NCBI GenBank assembly: GCA_950097015.1
Contig: CATNEN010000038.1
Span: forward strand, 25,358,001 to 25,422,000
Length of the DNA stretch: 64,000 nt
Direction: 5' to 3'
Source: Macrostomum hystrix
Lineage: Eukaryota > Animalia > Platyhelminthes
Below the pieces are notes generated by a model that was not told the origin of the DNA, ran no database searches, and saw only the letters and a program-made list of their open reading frames with translations. The position numbers were made by a program, and so were the translations under genes. Of the stretch, positions 32,049 to 46,500 are shown in pieces; position 1 is the stretch's first letter, and the number at the start of each line of letters is the position of its first letter.

Positions 32049-34519
32049 ACCATATCGTCAAGTATTAAAATTAATAGATCTATCTCAAAGTTTGTGCGGG
32101 CGTGGGGCGCATTCAAATATTAACGTGCTAAACGAGCTAGCCCATAGCTCTGCTCAAAGGAACTTTGAAGGACAAGCGTTAAATGTATTCGTAAAATTTT
32201 TTTACTGCCTATCTAATCTTACTTGTAGCAGATAAGCGTTTTAAGTTGACTAAAACGTACGTATAGCTAGTAATTAGATTCCCAGCTAGAAGCTATTATT
32301 ATAATCATAGCTTACTGCAGCGAATCATAGAATAACACTTTTCTTTAGTTTTGAAATCGAAAGAATTATGTTTCTATATATTATATAGATAGAATATTAG
32401 GTATATATTAGTTACACGGGATGGGATATGCTCGTCATCCCAATCGACTGGCCTTTTCCTCATTGAAACTATCCATGGCCACTTTAAATATTATGTGGTT
32501 ACGGCCTACCAGATGAATAGGCTGTGACGATGTGACTATTTTTTTTGTTCGCGGCTTGTATAAATTTAGTTGAGGAATATCGGTAATTTATTTTATTTAT
32601 TTAATTATCTGGGTGCTAGCGTTATATTAAGTATTTTTGTTACTTTATCTTTCTGAGAAACCTGGCGCGAATTTAAATATAACTTGAAAAGTCGGTTGCT
32701 TTTGGCGTAAGAGCGAGCGTCGGAGCTGGAAATTGCTAAAGTCTAAAGTGTAAGGACATTTTAATTAGCTGGAGACTAGGGACCTTTTAATAACCACATT
32801 GGATTCGAGACCAAGGGACCGGGACCCTCGCGCTGCCGCTGACAAGCCGTTGGTTGACATATCAAGAAATTGTGTTTTGGTCTTACAAAATTGTGTTAGG
32901 CCTACTTCTGGGAAACTCTTTTGCACACGAACTCTAGTTCGTGACAAGGCCTAACCTGTATACATAACACTTTGACTAATAACTTGACCTATAAATAAAA
33001 ACACACAATGGCATTCTAATTGATGGATTACTTCGTTTTACCTGTTTTGTTCCTATTGGTTGAAAATATATTTCGTGTATGTTTAAAACAATGATTGAGT
33101 GATTTCTACTATATCATTGACAAGACTGTCAAGCCATATAGTCTCCAAAAGGTATTGATCCTACTGTGACAGTGTCCATTTATCATAGCTGAATAACTCT
33201 TGTAAATACTTTCTTACTTTTCTTATTAGGCCTATAACAATACAGTATCTTAAATTTTATGTAAAGTAAATTATTTTGGTTTCCTTCTTGCACTTCACTC
33301 TTCATATGTATTCACAAGCTTTTTGTACAATATTTATTTTATTGTAAGACTAGAAGGTAGAACTTGGCTCTGACCTTGACCCTATATTCTGCTTGACTTA
33401 TTTTCTATACATATAGATATACCTGGGACCTGGGTATTATTGTACTAAAGTTATTCAACACCTAATTAGTACTTTTTATTGTTATAATAATAAACATGCT
33501 TTAAGTGATGCCATTACTGTCCCCGCCCCTTATCACATCACATGACACCATTTCAAACAAACTAACATAGAAAGCAATAGACTTTCATTGTATTGTATTG
33601 TAATGCATTGCACAAACCAAAATATTGATTTGCATTGCAACCAAAATCCACTACACAACAACTCTAAGTAGGCACTTGTCACACTACTGTTAGACTTGAG
33701 TACTTAGTTTAAAATGGCATATCATAAGTCAATTCTTCTAAAGTCTAAAAGAATTAATACAGAACTATAGATATGTAAAGAACTTTTAAACCTTGTTATC
33801 AGTATTAAAATGGCTCAATTTGAAGTTTGAACTGGAATTACAATTAAATATTTATAGGAAAAGTTTTTAAATATAGCTTATATGTTTTTGAATATTTTAA
33901 AAGCTAATGATATATGCCTAATGCAAAGTATAGCTCTAAAGTTGTTAAAACTGAAAATGAAAACAGGCCTAAAAACTTTAAAAAGACAAGGCAGTGCAAT
34001 AGTGTTCGGTTTTTAACTATAATTATAATTCCAACCTTTCTTTTTGGTGCATATTTCATACAAGTTTGTGACAAAGCTCACTGTATTTTTAATGGGCTTT
34101 TAAAAATTAACTCAAGTTGAAAATTTAAAAGCCATAGGCCTAGTTTAAGCTGCTATAGATCTCACTGACTTGATGGGCAAAAAATAAATAAATGCAGTAT
34201 GCTTGCTTTAGGGTGCTCAAATTTAATGATAAAATTTAACAATAAATATAAAGTACTACACAGAACAAAATTTTAAAACCCAAGATTTTGCTTTTTAAAA
34301 AAATTTGAACAAATTGAAATTTCAATTGCTGAATTAATCTTAAAGGTAGTTTCATTGATAAACCTATATTTTATTCATATTATTTTTTCAAATTAATGTC
34401 ATTTTTATTTTAATCTATTTATATTATATTTTTTGTACTTTACCACTAATTTCAGCCTACTAACTTCTGAGTTACAAACAACAATAACAACTTTATTGTC
34501 AATATTTTGGCTCAGCACT

Positions 34520-37500
34520 ATGGTTGAGTTCAGAAGTTGGCTATCCTTATCAAAGGGATGTACTCAGCTAATATTGCTTTTAGGTAAGTAATATTTGTTA
34601 TATTTATTGTATTAATCAAATATTTGTTAAAAACAAGAAACAAAGCACATTATTACTTTAACAGGATGCCTGATTCGCTACAACTTCTTCTCTCTAGTGT
34701 ATTTGGTATTCCTGCTCTTAAGTCCACTGGTGCCATTTCACAAAGATAGTGAGTTTTGTGTTTTTTTAATTCTATGTTTCATTCAGATCTAGTGATTAAA
34801 AAATTAGCATTATCTTTTGTTATTTCTTGCATTTTAGAGCAGTTTCTAGTCTACAATGGCTGCTTGATTGCCATTAGCAGTTTGTTTGTCTTGGCTCAGG
34901 CAATATTCCAAATTGTTTTGGCTTTCCATCCACCTTATGGAAGTCTGATTAGTGACTGTAAGTTCATTCAAATTTTATTATTAAAAAGTATTCTTTTATT
35001 TAACTTTCTAGATATTTTAAGAATTACATTTCCCTGATCCTCATTTTCGTTATGAAGCTTTCCCAGATCCTCATTTACAACAAAAATCTGACCAGATCCT
35101 CATTTTTAGAACATAATTATCCTAGATCCTGATGGGATTACAACTTGCCCAGATACTCATTTTCCCATAAGGAATCTGTAGTAAGTCGTTCCAGATTCTT
35201 AAGTCATAATTTAAACCGCTACCAGGCTCCGCGGATCTAGTCCTGCGCCAGATGGGTCTACAGCCGCTGAACGACACCCAGGCCCGTCACCTGTTTCGTC
35301 TGCTGCTGCCGGAGCCGTTAATCATTATCGTCTGCTCGGTGTCTGTCGGCTTAGCCTGGCGCTGTAGGATTAGACTATTTGGTCCGAATGGCGCGTCGCC
35401 GGATCCTTCTGTCATCTCCGTAGGTATCGACGCGGCCGATTGTGCCGGCGTTGACGAGATGCAAGCCGCGGCTACGGTGGCTAAGGGCCTTCGGCGATTG
35501 AGATCAATGCTGCTCCACTTCCTGCTTCTGTGCCTGCTTTGCGCTTGCGCTGTCTGCTCTCCGTCGGTAAGACATTGAAGTGGGATCTGAAATTAGGATA
35601 AAAGACTTTATCCCCATCGATTCTAGATTCCCAATGACCCTTGATTCCCATAGATTCTAGATCCTCATCGGTTCTAGATCCTCATCGGTTCTAGATCCCC
35701 ATCGGTTCTAGATCATCGATACTAGATCTCCATTGATTCTAGATCCCCATCGATCCTAGATCCCCACCGAACCCTAATCCCCATCGATCCTAGATCCCCA
35801 TTGATTCTAGATCCCCATCGATCCTAGATCCCCATTGATTCTAGATCCCCATCGATCCTAGATCCCCACCGAACCCTAATCCCCATCGATCCTAGATCCC
35901 CACCGAACCCTAATCCCCATCGATCCTAGATACCCATATATTCTAGATCCCATCGATCTTAGATCCCCATTGATTCTAGATCCCCATCGGTTTTAGATCC
36001 CCATCGGTTCTAGATCCCCATCGGTTCTAGATCCCCATCGGTTCTAGATCCCCATCGATTCTAGATCCCCATTGATTCTAGATCCCCATTGATTCTAGAT
36101 CCCCACCGAACCCTAATCCCCATCGATCCTAGATCCCCACCGAACCCTAATCCCCATCGATCCTAGATACCCATATATTCTAGGATCCCATCGATCCTAG
36201 ATCCCCATTGATTCTAGATCCTCATCGGTTCTAGCTCGTAGATCCCCATCGATTCTAGATCCCATTGGTTTTAGATCTCTATTGATTCTAGATCCCCATC
36301 GATCCTAGATCCCCACCGAACCCTAATCCCCATCGATCCTAGATCCCCATATATTCTAGATCCTCATCGGTTCTAGATCCCCATCGATTCTAGATCCCCA
36401 TTGGTTTTAGATCTCTATTGATTCTAGATCCCCATCGATCATAGATCACCACCAAACCCTAATCCCCATCGATCCTAGATCCCCATGTATTCTAGATCCC
36501 ATCGATCCTAGATCCCCATCGATTCTAGATACCCAACGAACCCTAATCCCCATCGATCCTAGATCCCCATCGATCCTAGATCCCTGCCAATTCTACATCC
36601 ATATTGATCCTAGATCTCCATCGATCCTAGATCCCCATCGATCCTAGATCCCCACCAAACCCAAATCCCCATCAATCCAAGATCCCCATATATTCTAGAT
36701 CCTCATCGGTTCTAGATCCCCATCGATTCTAGATCCCCATTGGTTTTAGATCTCTATTGATTCTAGATCCCCATCGATCATAGATCATCACCAAACCCTA
36801 ATCCCCATCGATCCTAGATCCCCATGTATTCTAGATCCCATCGATCCTAGATCCCCATGTATTCTAGATCCCATCGATCCTAGATCCCCATCGATTCTAG
36901 ATACCCAACGAACCCTAATCCCCATCGATCCTAGATCCCCATCGATCCTAGATCCCTGTCAATTCTACATCCCTATTGATCCTAGATCCCCATCGATCCT
37001 AGATCCCTGTCAATTCTACATCCCTATTGATCCTAGATCCCATCGATCCTAGATCCCCATTGATCCTAGATCCCCATTGATCCTAGATCCCCATTGATCC
37101 TAGATCCCCATCGATCCTAGATCCCTGTCAATTCTACATCCCTATTGATCCTAGATCACTATCGATCCTCGATCCCCACCGATGCTAGATCCCAAACACT
37201 TTAGATTTACTCAGTCCTTAGATGCGATCACCAAATAGTTTTGTTTTACCTTGCAGGTCACAACCAGCGTGTACATACTGGCCTTCCTACTAGCCCTGCT
37301 CGTGTGGTCAATTGGAGGCCCAGGACCAGATTCAATGCTTATGGAACGCGGGCGTCAGTGCATGACACTGTACGCCGCTCTACATTTGATGGCTTTGTTC
37401 TGCTATCAATTACCCGCCAGTCACAGCATTCAGGGCGTTGAGCCGAATTCCACCGTTGCTAGGCGAGTAACCGACTGTTTTTAGATCCCTTCATCACCAA

Positions 37501-40500
37501 AAATCCCAATCCCAATTTGATTGCTGTCATGCTGCATCTAAACCTCGATTGTATTGCTGTCATGCTGAAAGATCCACATGAGATTGCTGTCATGCTGGAA
37601 GATCCCCATGGGATTTGCTGTCATTCTGCATAAAAAAATCATTGGATTGCTGTCATTATGCATAAAAAAATCATTGGATTGCTGTCATGCTGTAAGATTC
37701 CCATGAGATTGCTGTCATTCTGGTAGATCCCCATGGGATTGCTGTCATGCTGTAAGATTCACATGACATTGCTTTCATGCTGTTAGATTCCCTTTGGATT
37801 GCTGTCATTCTGTCATATCCCCATGGGATTGCTGTCATGCTGTAAGATCCCCATGGGATACCTGTCATGCTGTAAGATCCCCATGGGATTGCTGTCATTC
37901 TGCATAAAAAAATCATTGGATTGCTGTCATGCTGTTAGATACCCTTTGGATTGCTGTCATTCTGTCATATCCCCATGGGATTGCTGTCATGCTGTAAGAT
38001 CCCCATGGGATACCTGTCATGCTGTAAGATCCCCATGGGATTGCTGTCATTCTGCATAAAAAAATCATTGGATTGCTGTCATGCTGTTAGATACCCTTTG
38101 GATTGCTGTCATTCTGTCATATCCCCATGGGATTGCTGTCATTCTCTCAGATTTCCGTTGGATTGCTGTCATTCTCTCAGATCCCCGTTGGATTGCTGTC
38201 ATTCTGTCATATCCCCATGGGATTGCTGTCATTCTCTCAGATTTCCGTTGGATTGCTGTCATTCTGTCAGATCCCCGTTGGATTGCTGTCATTCTCTCAG
38301 ATCCCCGTTGGATTGCTGTCATTCTCTTATATTTCCGTTGGATTGCTGTCATTCTCTCAGATCCCCGTTGGATTGCTGTCATTCTCTCAGATCCCCGTTG
38401 GATTGCTGTCATTCTCTCAGATTTCCGTTGGATTGCTGTCATTCTCTCAGATCCCCGTTGGATTTCTGTCATCTAATGGTATTCCGGTCATGCTGTAAGA
38501 TCCCATGGTATTCCGGTCATGCTGTAAGATCCCATGGTATTCCTGTCATGTTGTAAGATCCCATGGTATTCCTGTCATGCTGTAAGATCCCATAGTATTC
38601 CTGTCATGCTGTAAGATCCCATGGTATTCCTGTCATGCTGTAAGATCCCATAGTATTCCTGTCATGCCGTAAGATCCCATAGTATTCCTGTCATGCTGTA
38701 AGATCCCATAGTATTCCTGTCATGCTGTAAGATCCCATAGTATTCCTGTCATGCTGTAAGATCCCATAGTATTCCTGTCATGCTGTAAGATCCCATAGTA
38801 TTCCTGTCATGCTGTAAGATCCCATGGTATTCCTGTCATACTGTAAGATCCCATAGTATTCCTGTCATGCTGTAAGATCCCATGGTATTCCTGTCATGCT
38901 GTAAGATCCCATAGTATTCCTGTCATGCTGTAAGATCCCATGGTATTCCTGTCATGCTGTAAGATCCCATAGTATTCCTGTCATGCTGTAAGATCCCATG
39001 GTATTCCTGTCATGCTGTAAGATCCCATAGTATTCCTGTCATGCTGTAAGATCCCATGGTATTCCTGTCATGCTGTAAGATCCCATAGTATTCCTGTCAT
39101 GCTGTAAGATCCCATGGTATTCCTGTCATGCTGTAAGATCCCATGGTATTCCTGTCATGCTGTAAGATCCCATGGTATTCCTGTCATGCTGTAAGATCCC
39201 ATAGTATTCCTGTCATGCTGTAAGATCCCATGGTATTCCTGTCATGCTGTAAGATCCCATAGTATTCCTGTCATGCTGTAAGATCCCATGGTATTCCTGT
39301 CATGCTGTAAGATCCCATAGTATTCCTGTCATGCTGTAAGATCCCATGGTATTCCTGTCATGCTGTAAGATCCCATGGTATTCCTGTCATGCTGTAAGAT
39401 CCCATAGTATTCCTGTCATGCTGTAAGATCCCATGGTATTCCTGTCATGCTGTAAGATCCCATAGTATTCCTGTCATGCTGTAAGATCCCATAGTATTCC
39501 TGTCATGCTGTAAGATTCCATGGTATTCCTGTCATGCTGTAAGATCCCATAGTATTCCTGTCATGCTGTAAGATCCCATAGTATTCCTGTCATGCTGTAA
39601 GATCCCATAGTATTCCTGTCATGCTGTAAGATCCCATTGTATTCCTGTCATCCACTCGCCAATTAGTTCTCATTATTTTATTTACAGAATGATGGGCCTA
39701 TACTATTTGATTCAATCCAACTGTTCAACAAACGAAGTCTACTTCAACACAGACATTCGAATCAATGAGTATATTGAGCCGCTGCTATTGATTGGCTTCT
39801 ATTTCTTCGCTTGCCTGGTTATGTACTTGTGGAAATCAGATCCTTATAGACAACGGGTAAGCGTTAAAATTAAGCAGTTTTCATTATTTTAGTTTTATTT
39901 TACCGCTAATTTTATTGCAATCTTACGTACGGTACCTCTTAGACCATAGTGGAATTATCAAGTATGACAGCGAGCTGAATTTGTTGTGGAGACAGGGCAG
40001 AAATGAGTTAGAAATGAAATGAAACAGGGGAGTAATGAGACACGGGAGAGAAGAGACGGGAGAGATAAGAACTGGGGAGAGATGAGACTGGTTAGAGATG
40101 AGACTCGTTAGAGATGAGACTGGTTAGAGATGAGACTGGTTAGAGATGAGACTCGTTAGAGATGAGACTGGTTAGAGATGAGACACGGGAGAAATGAGAC
40201 ACGGGAGAAATGAGACACGGGAGAAATGAGACACGGGAGAGATAAGAAAGGGAGACAGATGAGACAGAGGAGAGATGAGACTGGTTAGAGATGAGACTGG
40301 TTAGAGATGAGACACGGGAGAAATGAGACACGGGAGAAATGAGACACGGGAGAAATGAGACACGGGAGAAATGAGACACGGGAGAAATGAGACACGGGAG
40401 AGATAAGAAAGGGAGACAGATGAGACAGAGGAGAGATGAGACTGGTTATAGATGAGACACGGGAGAGATGAGACGGGAGAGATGAGACTGGTTAGAGATG

Positions 40501-43500
40501 AGACTGGTTAGAGATGAGACACGGGAAAGATGAGACACGGGAGAAATGAGACACGGGAGAGATAAGACAGGGAGACAGATGAGACAGAGGAGAGATGAGA
40601 CGGGAGAGATAAGACTGGGGAGAGATTAGACTGGGAAGAGATAAGACGGGAGACAGGTGAAGCAGAGGAGAGATGAGACTGGTTAGAGATGAGACTGGTT
40701 AGAGATAATGTTGGTTAGAGATGAGACTCGTTAGAGATTAGACTCGTTAGAGTTGAGACAGGAGAGATGAGACACGGGAGAGGTAAGGCACAGAAGAAAT
40801 AAGTCATGGTAGAGATCTCAGATGCCCATTATACAGGGGAGAGAAAAGACAAGGGAGAGTGATGCGACAGGTTTGAGTTGGTGTTCGATGGTGCCAGTCG
40901 CCTTTATTGTGGGCTTTTTGATTGAGTTCTGACTCTGGCCCAATGCTGGAGCCTGGATGTCGCTGTCTTTTTACTATTTTGATAAAAAAAAACATTTCTT
41001 TTTAATTGACTTTTAATAATTTAGCGACGCGTCTGCGAGTTGACAATTCAGGTGCCAACTCCTGATGCCGATCAATCAGTAAGTATATGTTTAACACATA
41101 ATAGTTCCTGGCTATCAGTTTAGCTGTTGTGTTCTAATAGCGCTCAATTAGTCTACTGAAAGTAGTTCACTCGCTTTTAAAATGAAAAAAGCACGAAAAG
41201 AAGTTTTTTTATACGACTTAAACTAGTTCGGTGTTTTCTCTTTTTCCTTAAAATATTTGTTGTGTTAATAAAAACCAAGAACGTAATTATTCGTTACAAT
41301 GTTTAAGCATTAAAAATTTGTTTGTATTATTTATCTGAATATAATATATTAAAGATGTACATGTACATGTATAATGTACATGTAGATGTACAAGTACATG
41401 TATAAAATGGATTATATAGAGTCTAAAATGAGAATTGATTCGTATTTTTACAGAATATATAAATCACATTTGGATTTTTAATTAGCATGGATTTCTCTAT
41501 AAATATTTAAGTTATTAAAATACAAGGTTAATATATTTCTAGATTGTATTTTTTTTAACACAACAAGTACAAAAATAAAAACTCATAGTAGTACGAGTTT
41601 AATCCATTTTTATTTCTACCTAAAACTTAGTTGCTATACATAAATATATTATTTCTTTATACACTATATTTAATTGAACCCTTATTTCGTATCGTGCATA
41701 AATAAATAAGTGCTTGAATAAACTTTAACAAAACAATTATTATTTTAATCCTACAATTTTTTAAAATTCATTAACAATCATTTATTGAGTGTTGTTAGCT
41801 AACGTTTGAGTGTTGTGTTTTTTTTACTTTTTAAACCATTTTATCAGGTTTACATTTTTATTACATTTAATCTCGTCATTTTTTTTAATTAGTACTTCAT
41901 TTACTAGGCGCTTGATTTTCAAAAATCATTCTACTACTGGTAGTAATATTTACTTAGACAGCATTTTATTTATTTTACACACTTCTTACACGCGCAGGTG
42001 TCAAGTTCTTGTACAGTATCTGAGATGCAGGTAAATAAAAAATCCGACACTAATTTGTGTAGCCTTGACTGAATCACTGTCGAAATAAATATCTCGAGAT
42101 TGTGATTGATTTAGGAATCATTTATCATGTCATTGAAATGTTTGTAATTAGATTTTAGTTATGTAGTGTCCAGTGATTCAAATCTTCTGATAAATATTCT
42201 ACAGAAATGGTGCCTGCTTGATTGTAGTTAATTTGAAACAATAGCTTTTCTTGAAGATGATTAAGTTAAAGTTAAGTTAACTTATATTCTACTGTTTAAT
42301 TCAAATTGTTTTGACAGTACGGCCGTTAGTTTTGTTCTGTTCATTATATAAATACACTTCGGCTTGTAAGTTTTGGAATGAAAACAAACAAAAAATGAAT
42401 AATTTTGTATTCTACTTCTCTGTCCAGTACTTGTTGAGCCAATCGGAGTCGACGCCGCTTTATCAAAGCACGGGACCTGCTGCTGCGGCTGCTGGCACAT
42501 CGTCAGGGCAACCTTCGGCTACAACTGTGCCAAAACTTACAATTTTAAACGAAGATGAAGAAGTAACTGTTCAGCAGCAGCAGCAGCAGCATCATCAAGA
42601 GAATCAGACCAGACAGAGAAGTCCCAGCCGATTAGTGCTAGCTTTGAGTCAAGCCGGAGCTCCATTGTTGAAACGAGGCTTAACTCGAATCAGAGCCTTC
42701 TCAATGAGCGTTAGTCACGTACTAACACTCATCATAATGATGTGCTGGAGTGTGACCTACGTTTCCATAGCAACCGCTCCATTTTTAATTTGCGCCTGTA
42801 TTCTATGGCTACTGCCTGGTACTAGAAAGAGTACCCTGACTCTAGGGCCACTATTGGCCCTGTATGGCACCGGTCTCCTACTGGTGAATTTTGTATTCAA
42901 TTTCAATCTAGCAGACATCTATTATGCCAGGCTAAATGCTAGTCAATTGAGTCAGGCCGGATTACAAAGATATCCTCAACCGCTGGCTACTTTCGGCGCC
43001 CAAGCTTCATTCTGTTTCGTCTATTTTGTTTGCGTTTGGACCCTACTGGCTGAGCGCAGACATCTATTGGCTACGCCAGCTGTTGGACCTATTTCTCCAG
43101 CTGCTGCTGCTGCTGCTGCTGCTGGTTCTGCTGCTGGTTCTGCTTCGTCAAGTTCAACATCTAGCCTCCGATTGCGCCGGGTTAGACAACAACAACAACA
43201 ATCTGATAGGAACACCCAGCTATCTTCTTTTTCTAATCGCAGAGTTGAAATCCTTCTAGCCGAGTTTATGAGCAAATATTCTGTACTAGTCTGTTGCATC
43301 TTCTGGTTGCTAATGTGCTCTTGGCTAGATGTTAATGTCAATCGGGTCATTGTAATGGCCATGTTTCTCTACTTCTTATTTACATTTCGGGTAAGTATTT
43401 TTAAGCCTTCTATATTATTGATGGGGGTTTCTCGCTGCTAAAAATAGAACGGAAATTCCAAGGGTTTTTCGTGGATAAAACATGTGTTAAAACTTTTTTT

Positions 43501-46500
43501 AGATCTCGTTTACATTCTGGAAGCGGCAACTATTAGTTGTTTTCATTGTACTGGTACTATATTCCATGCTGGTGCTGCTACTAATCTACGCTTATCAATT
43601 TGATAGTGTGCCTCAGTTTATTACTAAACTGACTGGCCTGCAACCGGATGTGTGAGTACAGTTGGGGTGAGAGGGGAGATGGAGGAAATGGAGGCTGAGA
43701 GAGGAGATAAAGAGTGAGATGAAGGGGGAGATAAAGGGTGAGAGGGGAGATAGATGGGGATAGGGGAGATGGAGGGTGAAAGGTGAGATAGATGAGGAGA
43801 GGGGAGATGGAGGTGAGAGGGGAGATGGAGGGTGAGAGGTAAGATGAAGGGTGAGAGTGAAATGTGTAACGAAAGTGTGCAAAAGTAAGGATAGGTGAAG
43901 GGGAGAGGGAGGGGCACTTCTAATGCGACTTCTAATCCTCAATATTTTCCTCAGGCTTGAAGACATTGGCATTAAAAAATACGAAACGCCGCAGTTATTT
44001 CTCAACCTACTGTTTCCCACCTCATTCATCATTGTGATAATGATCTACGCGAAGAATTTTCACGCCACATTTGTTCGAATGATTAGTCTACGCGGCTACG
44101 ATACCATCGATCGAGCGGTTAACGGCGATGACGAAGAAGACGAAGAAGACCCGGCAACAGGTGCGGCCAATGACGATGAGGCGGCAGAAAGGATTGTCGC
44201 TAGCCGAGGCGGCAGGTCCTCTGAAGAGGCTACGGCTAATAAGCGAAGTGAGTGCTTGTTTCCTTAACTGACGGGGCCAGGTAGAGTGGTGTCTGGTAGG
44301 TTAGGGTAGAGTGGTGTCTGGTAGGTTAGGGTAAAGTGGTGTCTGGTAGGTTAGGGTAGAGTGGTGTCTGGTAGGTTAGGGTAAAGTGGTGTCTGGTAGG
44401 TTTGGGTAGAGTGGTGCCATGTAGAGTCTGGTAGCGCGGTGCCTGGTAGAGTCGGGTAGAGTAGTGCTTGGTACGTTTAGGTCGAGTGGTATCTGGTGAG
44501 GCCAGGTAGAGTGGTGTCTGGTAGGTTCGGGTAGAGTAGTGTCTGGTAGGTTCGGATAGAGTAGTGTCTGGTAGGTTCGGATAGAGTGGTGTCTGGTAGG
44601 TTCGGTTAGAGTGGTGTCTGGTAGGTTCGGTTAGAGTGGTGTCTGGTAGGTTCGGTTAGAGTGGTGTCTGGTAGGTTCGGTTAGAGTGGTGTCTGGTAGG
44701 TTCGGTTAGAGTGGTGTCTGGTAGGTTCGGTTAGAGTGGTGTCTGGTAGGTTCGGGTCGGGTGGTGTCTTGTAGAGTCGGTTAGAGTGGTGTCTGGTAGG
44801 TTCGGGTCGGGTGGTGTCTTGTAGAGTCGGTTAGATTGATGTCTGGTAGGTTCGGGTAGAGTTTGTTTCCATTGTTTCTGTCTCCGTTTTGATTCCATCA
44901 GGCCGTCGTCAGCACACCTTCAATGCGATTCTACTTCGCCTAAACCAGCTGTACAACGCCTATTCTAACAAGTTCTCTCCCACAGTTTGGCGAATCATGG
45001 AGGTTCATTGGTGCAAAGTTGTCGGATTGGTCATTGTCTGCATCGCTGTAACGCCTATTGAAGGGACTAATGTAGGTCGATTGTACTTGTTTTGTTGTAT
45101 TTTTTGTTTGTTTGACTTGGCGATAAGGATTGGGGCTAATTACTTGATCAACGGAGAGACTAGGTTTACGCTAATTATTAGATCAGGTGGGAGATGAGAA
45201 GTTGGACTAATTACCAAATCAGGTGAGAGATAAGGAGTTAGGCTAATTATCAGATCAGGTGGGAGATAATGAGTTTGACTAATTACCAGATCAGGTGAGA
45301 GATAAGGAGTTGGGCTAATTATCAGACCAGGTGCTAGATAAGAAGTTGGGCTAATTACCAGATCAGGTAAGATACCGCGATCGAGGTTTATTATCCGTTA
45401 AGATTTGCTAATTTGTTTCTTACACAGTTTGACGCCTCCAGTCTAATCTACGTTGGTCTGCTGCCCTTGTATCTATTGGCACCCGATGCTGTGTCTATTG
45501 TCTATCTGGCCTGGAGCAGCCTGCTGGTATTGGCTAAAATGATCTATCAGTTGAGACTGATTCACGATCGCACAAATATCTATGAGTTTAGCAATTGTAC
45601 GGTAAGTAATTTGCTTTCGCGAATTTTTTTTAAAGAATTAGAAATTCGATTCTAATTAAGTTCACGACAGCATTCAGAATTTAAAAAGATCTAAAAATTA
45701 TAATTTCCTCTGAAAAATTTACAATTTTCCGTTTTTTTCATCCACGGAAGTATTCTAAACTTTAGAATACACAATACACATTCACAATTTAGAATTTTCT
45801 AAGAATTTCTCTAGAACATAAGAGGCTTGTGATTCTTTGAAAAATCTGCATAAACAATCGGAATTAATAATTTCTGAAAATCCTCTGAAACATTAGTTTT
45901 TTCTGAAAAATCCTTTGAAACATTAGTTTTTTCTGAAAAATCCTCTGAAACATTAGTTTTTTCTGAAAAATCCTCTGAAACATTAGTTTTTCTTTGAAAA
46001 ATCCTCTGAAACATTAGTTTTTTCTGAAAAATCCTTTGAAACATTAGTTTTTTTCTGAAAAATCCTCTGAAACATTAGTTTTTTCTGAAAAATCCTCTGA
46101 AACATTAGTTTTTCTTTGAAAAATCCTCTGAAACATTAGATTTTTTCTGAAAAATCCTCTGAAACATTAGACTTTTTTTTCAGAAAAATCCTCTGATACA
46201 TTAGACTTTTTCTGAAAATCCTCTGAAACATTAGTTTTTTCAGAAAAATTCTCTGAAATTAGATTTTTTCTGAAAATCCTCTGAAACATTAAATTTTTTT
46301 AATCCTCATTACAACTCAGAACTTTTTATTTCCGAAAAATACTAGTTTGCAACATTCGGAATTGATATTTTCCGAACAAATCCTCCACAAGGTTTGGAAA
46401 TTTTTAATTTTATAACCAAAATATTTTAAAGATAACAGCAATACAGGGTTATAAATAATGTTGAATTTAAATTTTTTTTCAAGACCAATTCAACGCTACC

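Noticed and set aside
44280-44410. Telomeric TTAGGG words
   Set aside because: They are isolated hexamers within a 25-bp unit, not a telomeric tract
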